Source: Rotaria socialis (Eukaryota). From it: a stretch of DNA of 64,000 nucleotides. The stretch lies in contig CAJNYD010000224.1 in assembly GCA_905331295.1 (NCBI GenBank), positions 62,001 to 126,000 of the forward strand, read 5' to 3'. Of the stretch, positions 45,897 to 60,155 are shown one piece after another. Position numbers and translations under genes: made by a program. Within the stretch, counting starts at the first letter, position 1. Every line of letters starts with the position of its first letter. Under the pieces are notes generated by a model. It saw nothing but the letters and a program-made list of their open reading frames with translations, was not told where the DNA came from and searched no databases.

Positions 45897-48800
45897 ACGA
45901 ATTAATTTTGATGAATCTCAATCTAAGAAAGAGAAGAAGTTCTGTCTTATTTTTTTATTTTTTTCTCTTTGCTTTCTTATTCTCTAGAATTTTTTGCGCA
46001 TGTTGTACATTGTGTTTGTTCTCTTATATCGAATTCTTGTTTTCTTTCATTTTTCTTTTTCTTTTGGTCTTCTTTCTAATAATACAACAGCAACAGATCG
46101 TGCCTCAAGCTCTTTATTATTTATTCTAGTTCCATAGAAACAAAAGGAAAAATACAAGATATTTATCGCTAAATATGCAAGCTGTTGTAGATTTCTATTC
46201 TTCACATAGGTATACACACATATAACCGTTAAGCGATCATCACCAGTAACATGAATATCTATCTATATCTATTTATCGATCTATCTATTTCATGTCGCTC
46301 GAGGCTACACTATCTTCATTTTCTCCTCCTTACATGACATTATTTTTCTTCTTCTTTTCATTAAATCACCTAGGTAAACATCACCATATGGACACCGTTA
46401 TGGTTGAGTTCATTAGCAATAATATATAGAAAAGTAAAAGACATGACAAGGGCGGGCAAAGTCAATCGAAATATAATCATCTATATATGTATGCAGGAAA
46501 AAAAAGACCTAAATTGTATATCTATTTAAAATGAGTAGCTACTTTTTTCAAGTATGAAGGAAGCTAAATATAATAAATAGGTGAAAATTTGATTGCCGAA
46601 ATAATGATTTTCTTTCTTTTGCATAAATATATATACACCACTGTGTTTGTCGGCATCAGTTTTTAAAATTTCGATTTTATAGCGTACATCCACTATTCAT
46701 TACTTGCTGTGTATCTCAACATGAATGTGCTAACGATGATATAAGTTACGAGAAGACATACAGAACCGATAATCGATATTGTTGTTTGATGACGCACATT
46801 TCTCTTGTTGTTTCATTCCATCATTATCAACTATATTCATCATCAAGGATAGATTGGCATGTTCGTGCTAGTTGTACACCAGCCGGTGCTCATTCAAGTT
46901 CTTCTTTTTCATGTGATCAAACAGATTTTAGTTTCAATTTCACTAGGCGAACATCACAGGTTGTTTTATTTTAGTCATCGGCAGGGTGTGTTTATCACTA
47001 TCTATTTTCTCTTTTATCCTTTCACTTTTTTAATTCTTTTTTCTTTTTTTTTGAAAACAAAAGAAAAAATCTCGAAACACGACACCATCTGTAGAGTTGA
47101 CTTTGACCTGAAGGCAATTGAACACGACACCATTAAGACCTAGCATCATTCACAATACTTTACACATGCAAACCATCGAGTGACAAAATCGCATTTATCT
47201 TTTTTTCCATTCTTGTTTGATCTTCTTCTTTTGACATCTAAACACAACAGAATTGATGTGCTTCGATGAACATGAACTATCATCGAATGAGAAAACGAAC
47301 CCAACAGTTCATTATACTTGACACATCTATTGTCTATATGAATGGGAAAGGAGATAACGGATGCGCACAATTCTAGTCGTGTGAAAGACAAAAAAATGTG
47401 TCAAAATTATGCATTTGAAAAAGAAAGGTGATATAATATTGCCTTTTAAATTAAACTTATACTGATCTAGTCTAAATTTCATTATATATTTATTGATCGG
47501 TTGCAGATTTAGAGGAGCGATAATAGCACGACACACTCTCGATGTCATCGTATTTTACTATGTTTCGAGTCTTCTTAAACTCTTTTCGTAGTGTTCTTTT
47601 TGTTTAAATTCAAATATCGACCAAATTTTACATTTTATTTGATCAAAAACGAAAACATAGCCATCAGGAATATACATAATGTTTCGATAATAAACGATTC
47701 ATACATTGACACAGATAATCATGCCATATGTATCAATCAATAAAAATTTTCGCACTCTATTTATGAAAAATTCTTTAGTTTTATACAATTAGCTAGATAT
47801 TTAATGTGCAATAAAAGAAAAGTAGTCAAAGAAATATTTTTGTTTATTCATGACTAATTTTTCCCAACAAAAGTCACATGTTCTATGTTCATGCTGAGCA
47901 ATTAGCTAGCCTCTTTTCACCAATATAAACATTGCCGTTACGTTCAATTCATTAGTACCCAACGGCGATATATACTTATCGTCGATCAGTATTCTGCTAG
48001 TAGATAATGGTCATGCAATTCCATTGAGAATGGGTGGAGAAAAAATAGATTGGAATCAAAAACAACACGCAGATAGTTGCCCGAATACGTCATACAATGA
48101 TGATTATGATGGTGGTGATGATGATGATGATGTTGAACAGATTGATCCCTGGAGAACTATTGTTTTATTTCCTTTTCTTTTTCGACAAAAGTCAAAAAAG
48201 AAATGATTCGTCTCTATTCTTATCTCACACTTTGATTTTTCAAGTAATTAGTTGTTATTTTCCAATAATGATGAGAGAAGTCGAGTGTAAGACAAATCAA
48301 GATAAGAGAAAACAGAAGAAGAAGTCTTAGGAATAGTCTGGTTGACGAAACGTGACGGAATGCATCCATGTTAAATATAGCAGCGGCAGTACTTTGATCA
48401 CAGATTGTACAGAATGTTCTGTCTATCAAAACTAAATCAAGCATATTTTTGATTTAACTCCATCTGACACATAGAATTTCTTTTGGTGAACATAAATGTT
48501 TAACTCTTGTCAACAATATTTATATCAAGATTTCGATCAATAAACTTAACAAAAGAGAAAATGTCAAACTCTCTAAATCTCATGTCGTTTCATGGAAAGT
48601 ATTTCACATGATTAAATGTAATATGAACAGAGTAAAAGATTTGTAATAGATCTTTCGATTACAATCAAAATCAAATAGTTTTTCAAATCAATAAATCTAA
48701 TCTTTTCCAAAAAATTGATCTGATTGCTTTGTATTGAAAAATTCTCTGAAATCAAAATTAGATTTAACAGTGGATCAAAAATATCAATAAGAAAGAAGAA

Positions 48801-51170
48801 CAATCATCATAAAGTATTCTTTTTTTTTTTATCGATCTCCGTTATTCTCAGCTAGTTACTGCAGAAAAAAGATCATGTATGAAAAATGTACTTGCTATTC
48901 GCACTAACCCGTTGACAATTCTCCATCATGTCACAGTGTTACACATGAGTCTACGTATTTAATGCTGATAGCTAATTGATTTTTTTTCGCCGATTATGAA
49001 GTAATAAATAAGTTTGCTTATTTTTCGAAACATTTTACTTTAAATTTAAAGAACATTGAATTTCAAATTTTAGTTAGAAGAAAAACTAACGCATATAGCA
49101 AACTCCGAATGATGAATCCAGTTTCATTGTTAACTAACAGGAAGACACATTGAATGGTGTACTTTGATTTCAGTTTTCAAGACCTGTCAACTTAAAATGA
49201 AGTCATTGATTCTGACCTTGCGATGAGATTTAAGATGCATCAATCATTGTAGAATAGAATTCGAAACTGTTTTGATAATCACAAACTTTTGAAAAATGCT
49301 CACTATCGAACTATGAGATAGATGTTGCACATTTTTTCTAAACAAAATAAGTCAGTGAATTTCTTTTACTAGCCTTGAAGTAACAAGAGACGATTTATTT
49401 TTATTCAAAACATTGTTGTTGCGTCTGTATATGGAAACTGAATGAATGTAAATTGATGAATACGGTACAGACATATGCAGGAAGTGTTTTTCAGTGAAAC
49501 GTTGTTTTAGATGTTCATATAATAATTTGGTTTTAAAAATCATTTAAATCGTCTTTTAGTTCGCTCAATTACATTGTGATAAGCTATTACTAGCTATCGT
49601 TGCTGGTAGAAATAAATTGCATTTTAAAAATTTTTTATACGAGATATTCTTGTGATTTGGTTGCATTTCTATGAGATGTATACCATTAGAAAAATCAATG
49701 AACCCTAATTGTCCTAGACTAGTTAGAGATATTTACACATGTCACTGAATTAGTAACGACAATGTTAAAATTTTAAATAGAGAAGCATTTATGTGTGAGA
49801 TACATTTTCATTATAAACCGCTTAATAAGACGAAAATTTTATTCACAATCAAAGATATGCGCGAATAGACTTTGAATTGTATGGCTAGTGGACGGTTGAA
49901 TAGTCTTACCGATATCGTACCGTTTGCACTCATCCGTCATCGGGGGTTTGTATTCGTATATATATATATATATATGTTCAATTGTACAAGTGAAACGTTT
50001 TCATTGAGAAGATTTTCATCAGTGTATAAAGTATTGAATAAGTATTTACAAGCATCCGATAGTGCCATCTATGCCTAGTAAATATACCATTTTTGTATGG
50101 TTCTGATATTGGATCCATCTGTTTTCCAGTTTTTATCCTCTATCTTATTTTTCAGTGTCGCTATTAGAAAATTTGTCGTTAGCATCTCTAGTTTATCAAT
50201 CTGTCTAACAACCTGAGTATTAATACTCACAAGCAATAATAATATAAATAATAATAAAAATAATAATAAACAAACAAAAAAGGACAGATTGGTGTTTTAC
50301 ACAGGAGTCAACGTAATTAAAAACCAAGCTACCCTCCCTTCAAAGTCAGTGAATTTAACCCTTTAACTGTCAAATTTGACAGATGATGACTTGTTTTTCA
50401 TCTACATTATAGGAATATCATATAGTAAGTCCAGAGAATGATATTGTCAACGTGACTTTATATGTAGAACAAACGAAAAACAAAATCGAACAAAGCAAAG
50501 GGGGTAATAATTCACGAAAGTATTTCGTCACGAACTTTTCCCTCTCACTTTCAGGCGATCAATTACTGAACCCAATGAGCTTTCATTACCGGGCGTATAT
50601 TAACAAAACAAAATACCGTCCATTAGTTCATTACTCAAAGTAAGATATATGTATATTCGTTTTATTATTTAAGATAAAAGAGGAACGAAATTTTCACTAT
50701 CTGACTAAATCTCTATAGATGTACAACTATTCAATCAACTAGGCTAGTAGAGTTTAGTATTTTTCACATGACATCAGATATACTCAGGTCAAACGATAAA
50801 ATGAGAAGGCTTCCTATTTGCATTTTTTTTAAATCCAATATACGTATATCTGTGTCCAGTGTATTTTTTTAATTCCATGATTTTGCTACCCATTTTACTG
50901 TAAAGACAATGCTAAGGATTTAATTTCTTAAAATCCTGCCTCTTTTAAATAAAAGTGTTTTCTTTTTCATGAGGTATTGAGAAGTTTTCAATCAGTTGTA
51001 TACTCTCTTCCATTAAAAGAGACAGTATGATAATGAAATCAAGCGATTAGCAAAATATATGTACTGTAGCTGAATTAAATTCTTAGCTTTTTGATTTTCA
51101 CTCATGTTTATTAGAGTCAATTTAATAGTTTTATCCTAATTGATTGGGCGCTTTCTTATATATATATATA

Positions 51171-51616
51171 TATATGTTACAGGGGAGATTGAAATGCAGG
51201 GCTATTTAAAATAGCCCTTAGGGGAAATTGGAATTTTAATTTCCCCTAGGACAAATTAAAATTTTGTTTTTTCCGGGCTCAATTTATGAGAAAAAGTAAA
51301 GGTTTTGATTTCAAAACGTACTGCATTCATATCCACACTAATACTAGCACCCATACACGCACCTACACCCACACCCTCATGTTCACGTTACATCCATACC
51401 CACAAATAAAATAAGTGTCTTTTGCGCGAATTCAGGTATTTGGAAAAGACTGATGTGATGGAACTTGATAATTAGATGCCAATGTTGATGTGGGTGCGAA
51501 TGTAGTACGTTTTGAAGTCAAAATCTTTACTTTTTCTCATAAATTGAATCCGGAAAAAACAAAATTTTAATTTGCCCTAGGGGAGATTAAAATTTCAATT
51601 TCCCCTGTAACATATA
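51171..51616. mobile_element. Foldback MITE (446 bp) inserted at a TA microsatellite
   Basis: Terminal IR tatatgttacagggga.attgaaat / atttcaatttcccctgtaacatata. A ~120-bp inverted arm pairs 51221-51338 with 51490-51605. (TA)n on the left flank. Confidence 0.85.
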
Positions 51617-52007
51617 CACGTAAATTATCATTAGTTTCAACGAAGACGCACACTGTGATAGCGAAGTCAATTTAATTTTGGATCAAAATCACAATCAACA
51701 ATTACTCGAACAATCAATAGAAAAAACTTCTTATTCAAGACAAAAAAGGTATTTTCACAAATCTCATTCTAACATTAGATTAATTATATACTATCTGCAC
51801 ATCTATTAATTGTATGCTCCTTATTTTCTCTCCATGTGCTTCGATCTATGCATGTATGTGTGTCTGTATGTGTATGCAGTTTGAAACTTTTTCAAATGAA
51901 TGATTAAACTTCTTTGGAGGAATAATTTTTTTTGATTTATTGAAAGTGTCACTGTCAAGCAAACGGGTCAATATTATTTTATGCCAATACGAGAACAAAG
52001 CTCAACA

Positions 52008-54348
52008 ATGGCTTTAACTGAAAATAATGGTAAAAAGAGAAACATTGATGTATTTGAGTATAAGTATTAAATAGATGTCCATAGTTGACGATTGTTACTT
52101 TTTCTGATTGGTTGTTAGGAGAATCATAGAAACTTGATTTTTTTCAGGTTAAAAAGAAAACAAATAAAATTATCACACACAGGTTTTGTTTTTGAGTAGA
52201 ACGTTTTCTTGAAGGATCTTCAATAAATTTTATAGAGCTTAAGAACACAAGAGATTATCAGTGACTCAGTGGGTAAATTTTTCACTAGAGAAATATGAAA
52301 TATGTACGCGATGACTAACTATTTAGCGTTTATTATGAAGGAATTTTATCATGTGATAAGTTACGCGTGAGCTAAGTCTCACTCGATTGAGTAGTTTTCA
52401 TTAAGTCACAGATGAGACTCGAATGATTGGTGTCTTTGGACGTTTTCTTCGCTGATACTTATATCAATGAATCTTCTCAGAAAACATCGTGTTTTCTTTC
52501 GTATTCGAAGTCAATCGGATGAAAGTACGATGGATGAAAGAAAACGAACATCTCTCTGAAAATTAACTTGAATAATTATAGTTCAAAAAGAAAGATGTAT
52601 AAGTATAAGTCTTTATTTTTTTTCTCGATAAGGAGTATCTAATAAAGTGAGTACTATCTTAGTAGTAATTTATTATTGGCAAAAACTTTCACTTTTCTTT
52701 TATTTGCTTGAGTTTCAAATAATCAATTTATTTTGAGTTATTTTAAACAAAAGAAATATGAACATAGAATGTCTTTGAAAATTGAATCAAATTGAACTAA
52801 TATCTTTTGTGCATTCGAGTAGAAGTAGGCGTTGATTTAAAACATCGCTCTTCCCTTTCCGTTTTACGCCCATGTTACTTTTTATTCGTATGCCTTTCCC
52901 CCTTTTTCCAATAGAATTGTCTGAGAAAATGTGTGTTTAGTAAGCTGTTTGTCTAGTGTTGAAACCACTTCCATGCGGATGCTATTTTTCTACTCCAGAA
53001 ACGCTTGACACATAATTCACATGACACTTATAAGAACATCATGAAATTGTGAATCTTTGATAAAAAAATACCTATTTACTGTTTAATAAAGATTTGATAT
53101 GTTAGTTATTTTTTGAATTAGAGATAACTATGGCCGTGACTTTTAGAATGAGAGGTTGAACGGAAATATTTGTGCCAACATAGTTGAGATAAAAAAAATT
53201 ACAAAGCGGAGTCAAATTTTGTTTGAATCATAACTTCACTACACAAAAATTCATGAGGGATTAGTTAGTGATAGTAAATTTAGTTCTTTTGTGACAGACA
53301 CACGCCTGAGATAGCGTCAACACTAGCGGTACTATAAAAGCGTTGGTTACTGAATCAAATGCGAACTGATTAAGTATTTTAAAATGCTGCTACCATAGTG
53401 ATAAACCTTTAATCAATTCCATCATATTTGAGTTATTCTTCTTTTACTAGGTTTGATTCATAAAAGTCGATTATGAGGAAGGCGCCTCTACACCCTCAAG
53501 AGATAACTAGTATTTTTTGATAATAATATTCTTTTGATTAGTATTAAAAAAATTCTCGATACAGCTAAGTTTAGTGAACAAAACTCACTGAATTCCTATA
53601 GACAATCTTTTTCATCACTGCAAGTCTTGTGCTTTCTTCTTGCATTTGTTTTCTTACAAAATTCTATCAACAAACAGAAATCTTTTGGAGATTTTGATTT
53701 TAAATAATTTCCGTTTATTTTTCTATTTCATTCTAGTAACTGATAATTCATCATTTTTATTATCATCATTATCAAATCTTCAGCAGGCATCTACATTTAA
53801 TCTATTTAATGATTCATCACTAAGCTCTTTTTCTTTATTAACACCAACTATGAATTTATCTGATATAACAGCATTGAAAATTTCCAATTCAAATCATAAT
53901 AATAATGATCATATAAGTGATGATGATTTTGCTGCTCTTTTTGTTTCATCGATGCTTTCAACAACATCGAATAATTCATTTGATAATATAAACAATAATA
54001 ATAATGAAAGCTCAACTAATACAATAGATGAAGCATTTTTAAATCAAGTCACTGATTTAAATTATTGCTCATCACCAATCATTGATAAACAACAAACAAT
54101 CGGACCACCACCTGGTTTTGAAAACTTTCCTTTTAATTCATCATCAACATCGGATTTACTTGTTTCAAAAACAACGAATAGTAATCCAACAATATCATCC
54201 ATTAGTAATGGTGCCAATGAAACATCAGTTTCGTCTTCAGATACAATTAATTTTAGTCAGTTATTAAAATCGACAAACGTCGGTAAGTACTATTGAAAGT
54301 CAAACGAAATGAATAATTTAATTTAATATTCACTTTTCTTTTAGATCT

Positions 54349-54398
<50 letters not shown>

Positions 54399-57300
54399 CA
54401 ATCGTTGGTAATGCTGGAAATATTCGTTCATTATCATCGTCATCATCTCATTCGCCATTTATATCCGATGAACAATCTTTGTTTTTTCCAATGTCCACTC
54501 AATCATACTCATCATCATCATCATCGTCATCATCATCAATTCTTCATGCAACAAGTCAGATTTTTTCCGCTAATGCGCCTTCTTTATCCACGACGACGAC
54601 GACGACAACAACAACAATAATAAAACCTAATTCTGCTGCTAAGCCGCACATACCCAATAGTCTTTCATTATATAATAATAATCACTTATCATCATCATCA
54701 TCATCATCTCTTATTACATGTAATACAATAGGCAGTTCTCTATTAAGTACAACATTTGACAATGACAAAAAAATGACAACTGATAAAAGAATTACACCGA
54801 GTCATATGTTTTCATCCACAAATTCATTCTTTACGAATGAACCTGCAGGTGAATAAAAACTTTAATACTAACAATAGAGCTCGTATATATTTTAACTCGA
54901 GATATTTTTGATTAACAATATTCTGCATATGTGAAGAAGCAAAACTAGTGATCGTGCGATATCGATCATTTTCTAGTAGCCGAGAATAACAAGCTCATAG
55001 ATGGAACCGGTCGAGTTTTTTCTGCCCGGACCGGACCGGCCGGTCTATAATAATGCTAAAACTGGCAAAAAACCGGCGGGTCTTTTCATGTAGTTTAACC
55101 AAATTACAGTATTTCTACGTATTTCTATGCATTTTTATGTAGTTCAGAAATACAGTAATATGTAAAAATAAATTGGAAATACATAGAAATTCGTAAAAGC
55201 ACTTAGAAATACATTCGAAATAGATAGAAATATGAAAATACAGAAATACGATTTTCCTCCTTTGAGTTTGAATTGTCGAAAACAGTATAAATGTAGTTTT
55301 GAAGGTATAACTCATACTTCAAATATTAGAGTATCGCCTTTCACATACTCTAGAAGACTATGCAAATGCTGCATAGTCTTATGGAATTAAAATAACACAA
55401 ATTTTGTATAATATCATTTACAATTTACGATTAGAATTTTATATTATCCACATGAAAACCTTAACTGTCCTTGTTTACGTCATCTACAGACCAAATATTT
55501 GATGTTCTATAGAAATATGACTAAAAAATTGCGCAGACCGGCCGATCTGACATCTCCGCCCGGACTGGACCGGCAGACCGGCCGGTCCGGTACCGGTCTG
55601 CCGGACCGGTTCCATCTATGAACAAGCTTCAAATGTTGCTTTTATAATTCCTCAAACGAAAACGACATTGAATGACATTAAAAAAAAGACTTAGTTTATT
55701 TTCAAAATACCCCAAAGCTAAATCTACAATTTTAATGGATGAGATATGTTTTTGAATCTTCACCATTGTCAAGCTTCTCATTTCTATGGAAATAGACGAA
55801 TATACAATAAGCATCAAGGATGCTGGATAATACATCAGTATGCAATATATAGTATAATAGCTATATTGCGATATAGCAGCTGAATTATTTCAGTATTACA
55901 AGTAATAAATGACAAATGAATAAAATCTTTCTTTTGAATATAAACTATCGTATGTTTCACAGCAATTTTAGTCCTCATGTGGATACAACATGAATATGAT
56001 GCGACCGAAATTACTAGCAAAACCTTAATTTCTAATCGAAAATAGAGATAACAGCACATTGTCATTCTATAGTTTTTGATATGATATAAATTAAATCTAG
56101 AGTAGTTTTTTCTCGACTAATCCGACTAGATTCAGTCACATACGTTCGAATTTTATATCTTTTTCATTTAATAGTAAATCAAGCTGAACAAGATAAGAGA
56201 TTTCCTGTCTTGAAAGCATATCTTTGACATCTTTTTTTTTAATATTTAATTTTTGAAAATGTATTTAGATTTTACTTCTTCGAAATCAACAAACAATAGA
56301 ATTTCAACAACGAATCATCAATCATCAATTACTGCTCGAACATCATCATCATCGACTTCATCTTCAACTTCTTCGTCCATTGATGAAGCACTTATTCAAT
56401 TAACACAACAGCAACAACAGCAAACACCAAATGTTAATAAATTGTTCAATGATGAGCCTATATCAATATTTAATTATTCATCCATACAACCAAAACCAAC
56501 TATTGATAAACAACAGCAAGCTGTTCATGACAATATTAATTTTCTCGCCTCCATGGCAACTGCATCAACACCCATGACATCCGAATCAACATGGCAACAA
56601 CAAATACCGTCAACATCAATGTCAATAGATTCAAGTATGAATTTGAAACGTAAAATGCGTCCAATTATGCTCCAACAACAACAAATGAAATTATCACAAT
56701 CGATATCGAGAAATAATTCGGCTAATATGCATGAATTAATAGAAAATCTAAATGAACTTTGTTACAAAGGTTTTGATGAACTTAATGCACTAATACAAGA
56801 ACAGAGATGGGTAAGAAAATTGTTTTGATGATCATTGTCGTCAGTTGTAATCTTGAGAACAAAAAAAAAACAGGGGATTTGTTAACGGCTTACACATTAA
56901 TATAGACACATACGATTCAAGGTTACAGATTTGCGAATGATAGAGACTAGTTTAAAAAACAACAACAACAATTAATTTCAAAGGAATTTAGGTAATTTTA
57001 ATTTTGACCTATTGAGCGAATATTAAAAGTTAAACTTTTCAGCTTGATAGCTATGCAATAAAGTAATATAAATTTGTTACATCGTTAATCATAACAAGTG
57101 AGTTTGCGAAAGTTCAAGGTTACTATAGAAAAAGCATTGCATCACTTATAAGCTGGCCTCCGATTTCACTTTGTTAAAAATATAGGCATCCTTAGAGGAT
57201 CAAGGTTCTCAAAAATATAAGATTTTCGATAAAAAATGATAAAAAGAGAAGACGTTTTATTCACCTTTTCTGTTCAATTGTTTTGGTGTTTTTTAACTGC

Positions 57301-60155
57301 TCCGCTCGAAAATCGTTTTATTGAAGCTGTTATAAACAGTTCAACCGCAGCCAAGATCCTTATGTAATTTTTTCTACTGAAATAAGTTGCCAATTCGAGG
57401 ATCATTATAAAAGTTTTTCACAAATCGATAATTAATAATAAAGTAGATCGTAAGCTTTGAAAAAACAAATACATGAAAAAGACAAATACTATTTCTCATA
57501 ATTAAAGGAGACAATTCAGATTACGGACATGAGTTTCCAAAGAATCTCAACCTAATTTTATTGTCCTGATAATCAGTATTCATCGCTCATTGTTTTCCAC
57601 AAGTTTATTTTGTATTTTATCATAACTCAAATTTTTCTGGTAATAAATAAGTGTAATTGAAAATGCATATACATAGAATGGTGTAAAATTTCACGGGCAT
57701 TCGGAATATGTCGTTACTTTTAAAAAATATGTTCTTTTGATAACAATATCCTCAACATACAGAGTGAAACTTATTTTTTCCAGGGATATATATATATATA
57801 TATACCGCTTTTATATCTAACTAAAACTTCACTAAAAACTCGAAACTAGTACATGATCACTTTGTGAATGTTTTCTTCCTTTGAACTATTTTGTATTTTG
57901 TACTTAGTATTAAACAATTTCTCGGTCAGCCCACTAAACAGGCGAAATGAAATATAATGTTTAAAACAAATGTCACTGTAATACAACAATTTGTCCAAAA
58001 CACATGATTATACATATTGAAAGTTGTTTTTCGTCTAAAGATAATAGCAAAATAAAGAGGTTTTCGAAAATTTTCTACTTTTTTCGATAAAATATAGGTC
58101 GAATCGGAACCCAGCTTATAAAACGTGTAAACAAAGATAAAAATGTTCTTCTAGCCTCTTCGATGACCGTGAAATTTTTATAAGATTTTTCTGATGAGAA
58201 TAAAAAACCTTGTTGATTTCGTCAAATTTAGGGCAAGTGGCTAGAACAAAATTGACTTTAAAAATGGAAAAACAATAAATGACTAGATTCTTTTTCTTCT
58301 GAGTTTCAATTTTATCAAATATCAATAGAGTTAGTAGTTCACCGTGTGTTATATTTTCCATCATGAGATATGTCAATTATCAATAAGCAGAAACATTATT
58401 AATATTTTATACTTTATTTTTCTAAATCAAAAAATACATGATTTGTTTATACGAATAAATTAATGTTTTTAATAGAGAGATGAATTGTGAATCAAATAAT
58501 CTTTGAATTAATATTGAGCTCACACTACTGATACTTGAGTATGCAACAACGTTTTATTCGTATGTTCTTTTTTGAAAACACATTTTAAAAGTCCGGAAGG
58601 GTGAATGTCTGTTTCTAGAAGCTTTTACAAAGTCATGTATTCCGGCCGGTCCCATTTTGTATGCTGAGAAGTATGCCTGCACTGAACATTTGGCTTAAGA
58701 ATAGATGACTGATTTATAATTTATGTATTATATTCAGATAGCGTCCATAAGAAAACGCAGTCTCTTAAAATGTTCTTTTCAATGTGTAGGTGCAAAGTTA
58801 TGTTAATACAAGCGCCTCATCAATACAATCACCCAGTTCATCCTCATCAAGTTTGAATGGTACGAATTGTTGTTCATCACGTATTCTTATTGTACCCGAA
58901 TATTTTATATTTAAATGCAAAAAAATTGAAATAAATGTAAGTGATTTGAATAATTCCTTTGAATACTTGATTTGATTATTTATTTTTAGGCGAGTCATGT
59001 TTTTGACTTATTAGCTACGGGAAGAGCAGAACTTCGATTACGTGATTTAATGTTTGTTTTTAAATCATGGAAAAAAATTATTTTAAATGCTGAAATCATC
59101 CATCAAGACGAAGAAAATAAATTACGATTGAGTACTGAACATCCACAATCATATTATATGACTGATGCAGTGTTACAATCAGGTAGATGAAATTGTTACT
59201 ATAAAGGAAAAATCTTAAAAAATGAGATCATTATTTTAAAGTAGGCTTAAAATAAATTATTTATTCATATAGAATTAAAATTCTTGAAGCATAGAAAGAT
59301 CTTTCACAGTTCTTGATTAGTGTCATATTATGAAAGAGAAAAAAAAAGAACTTTAATATTGTGGAAAGAATCTTTTCACGGATTTATTTCATCGACAAAA
59401 ATAGACTTTTATAAACTTCATAGCTGTAGGCACGAACAGTTTTCTAATTTTTTAACTTAATAACTGTTTTAATATAATATAATTTAATGTAATATAAATA
59501 GAATACTCGAGAAAACTTGATCGATTTGATAATACAAAAGACAACTAACAAGCCCGTAGTCATTTGACAGGAAGCTTTTTTGTTTTTATTATAAGAAAAA
59601 CAAAATTGGCAGCATATTTCTACAAGAATATTTTAATATTAAAATATTGTTTTTCTTGATGATATAAAAATTTAATGACATCTTTCATTCTTCTCGTCAT
59701 TCCAATATTCTTAAGTGTTTACGATGCCATCTATACCAAATTATGGGTCATAGCGTAGGCGTATGTACATACATCGAAGACCAGTACTAGTTTGAGATCA
59801 TAACTCGAGATGATTATTAGAAAAGCTGTTTTTAATGCTCTTATCGTTTAATACAAATGAGTTTCTTTTTGCATTGCATTGAATTATCAAGCCATCCAAT
59901 GCTTTTTCACATTTCACATGTTTATTATTTTCTACTAATTATCTAGTATTTGATCGAGTATCGTATGCAATACGTGAACTGTGTAATATAACACAGCAAG
60001 CTCGTGCAGCATTTCAATATGCAACATTAAATATCTATCAAGCATCATCCCGGCAACAACAAGTTTCATCTCAATTATCATCAACTATTCAAGCATCATC
60101 ACCATCATCGTCAATTGCTCTTGCTCAATTACAAGCTATGCGCCAACAGAAATAA
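52008..60155 (+). CDS. Uncharacterised protein: long S/N/T/Q low-complexity region, PPPGF motif, poly-Q and a putative folded C-terminal domain
   Basis: Phase-consistent exons at about 52008-52029, 53737-54282, 54345-54848, 56269-56810, 58790-58936, 58990-59182 and 59947-60155. Ends ...ALAQLQAMRQQK*. The first micro-exon is less certain. Confidence 0.7.
54350..54397 (+). repeat. Pure (CAA)16 coding repeat (poly-Gln)
   Basis: Read directly; lies in frame just after the acceptor at 54344. Confidence 0.9.
54996..55620. mobile_element. Non-autonomous hAT element (625 bp), intronic
   Basis: Perfect 17-bp TIR CATAGATGGAACCGGTC / GACCGGTTCCATCTATG. Perfect 8-bp TSD AACAAGCT (54988-54995 and 55621-55628). 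Clustered subterminal ACCGG/CCGG motifs. Confidence 0.92.

Noticed and set aside
44062..46129. Alternative-frame and antisense ORFs over the GATA exons (also seen over other genes)
   Set aside because: They are by-products of TCA/CAT/CAA-rich low-complexity coding sequence.
41200..51000. Clusters of WGATAR sites suggesting GATA autoregulation
   Set aside because: Such sites are frequent by chance in AT-rich DNA; enrichment was not demonstrable by eye.
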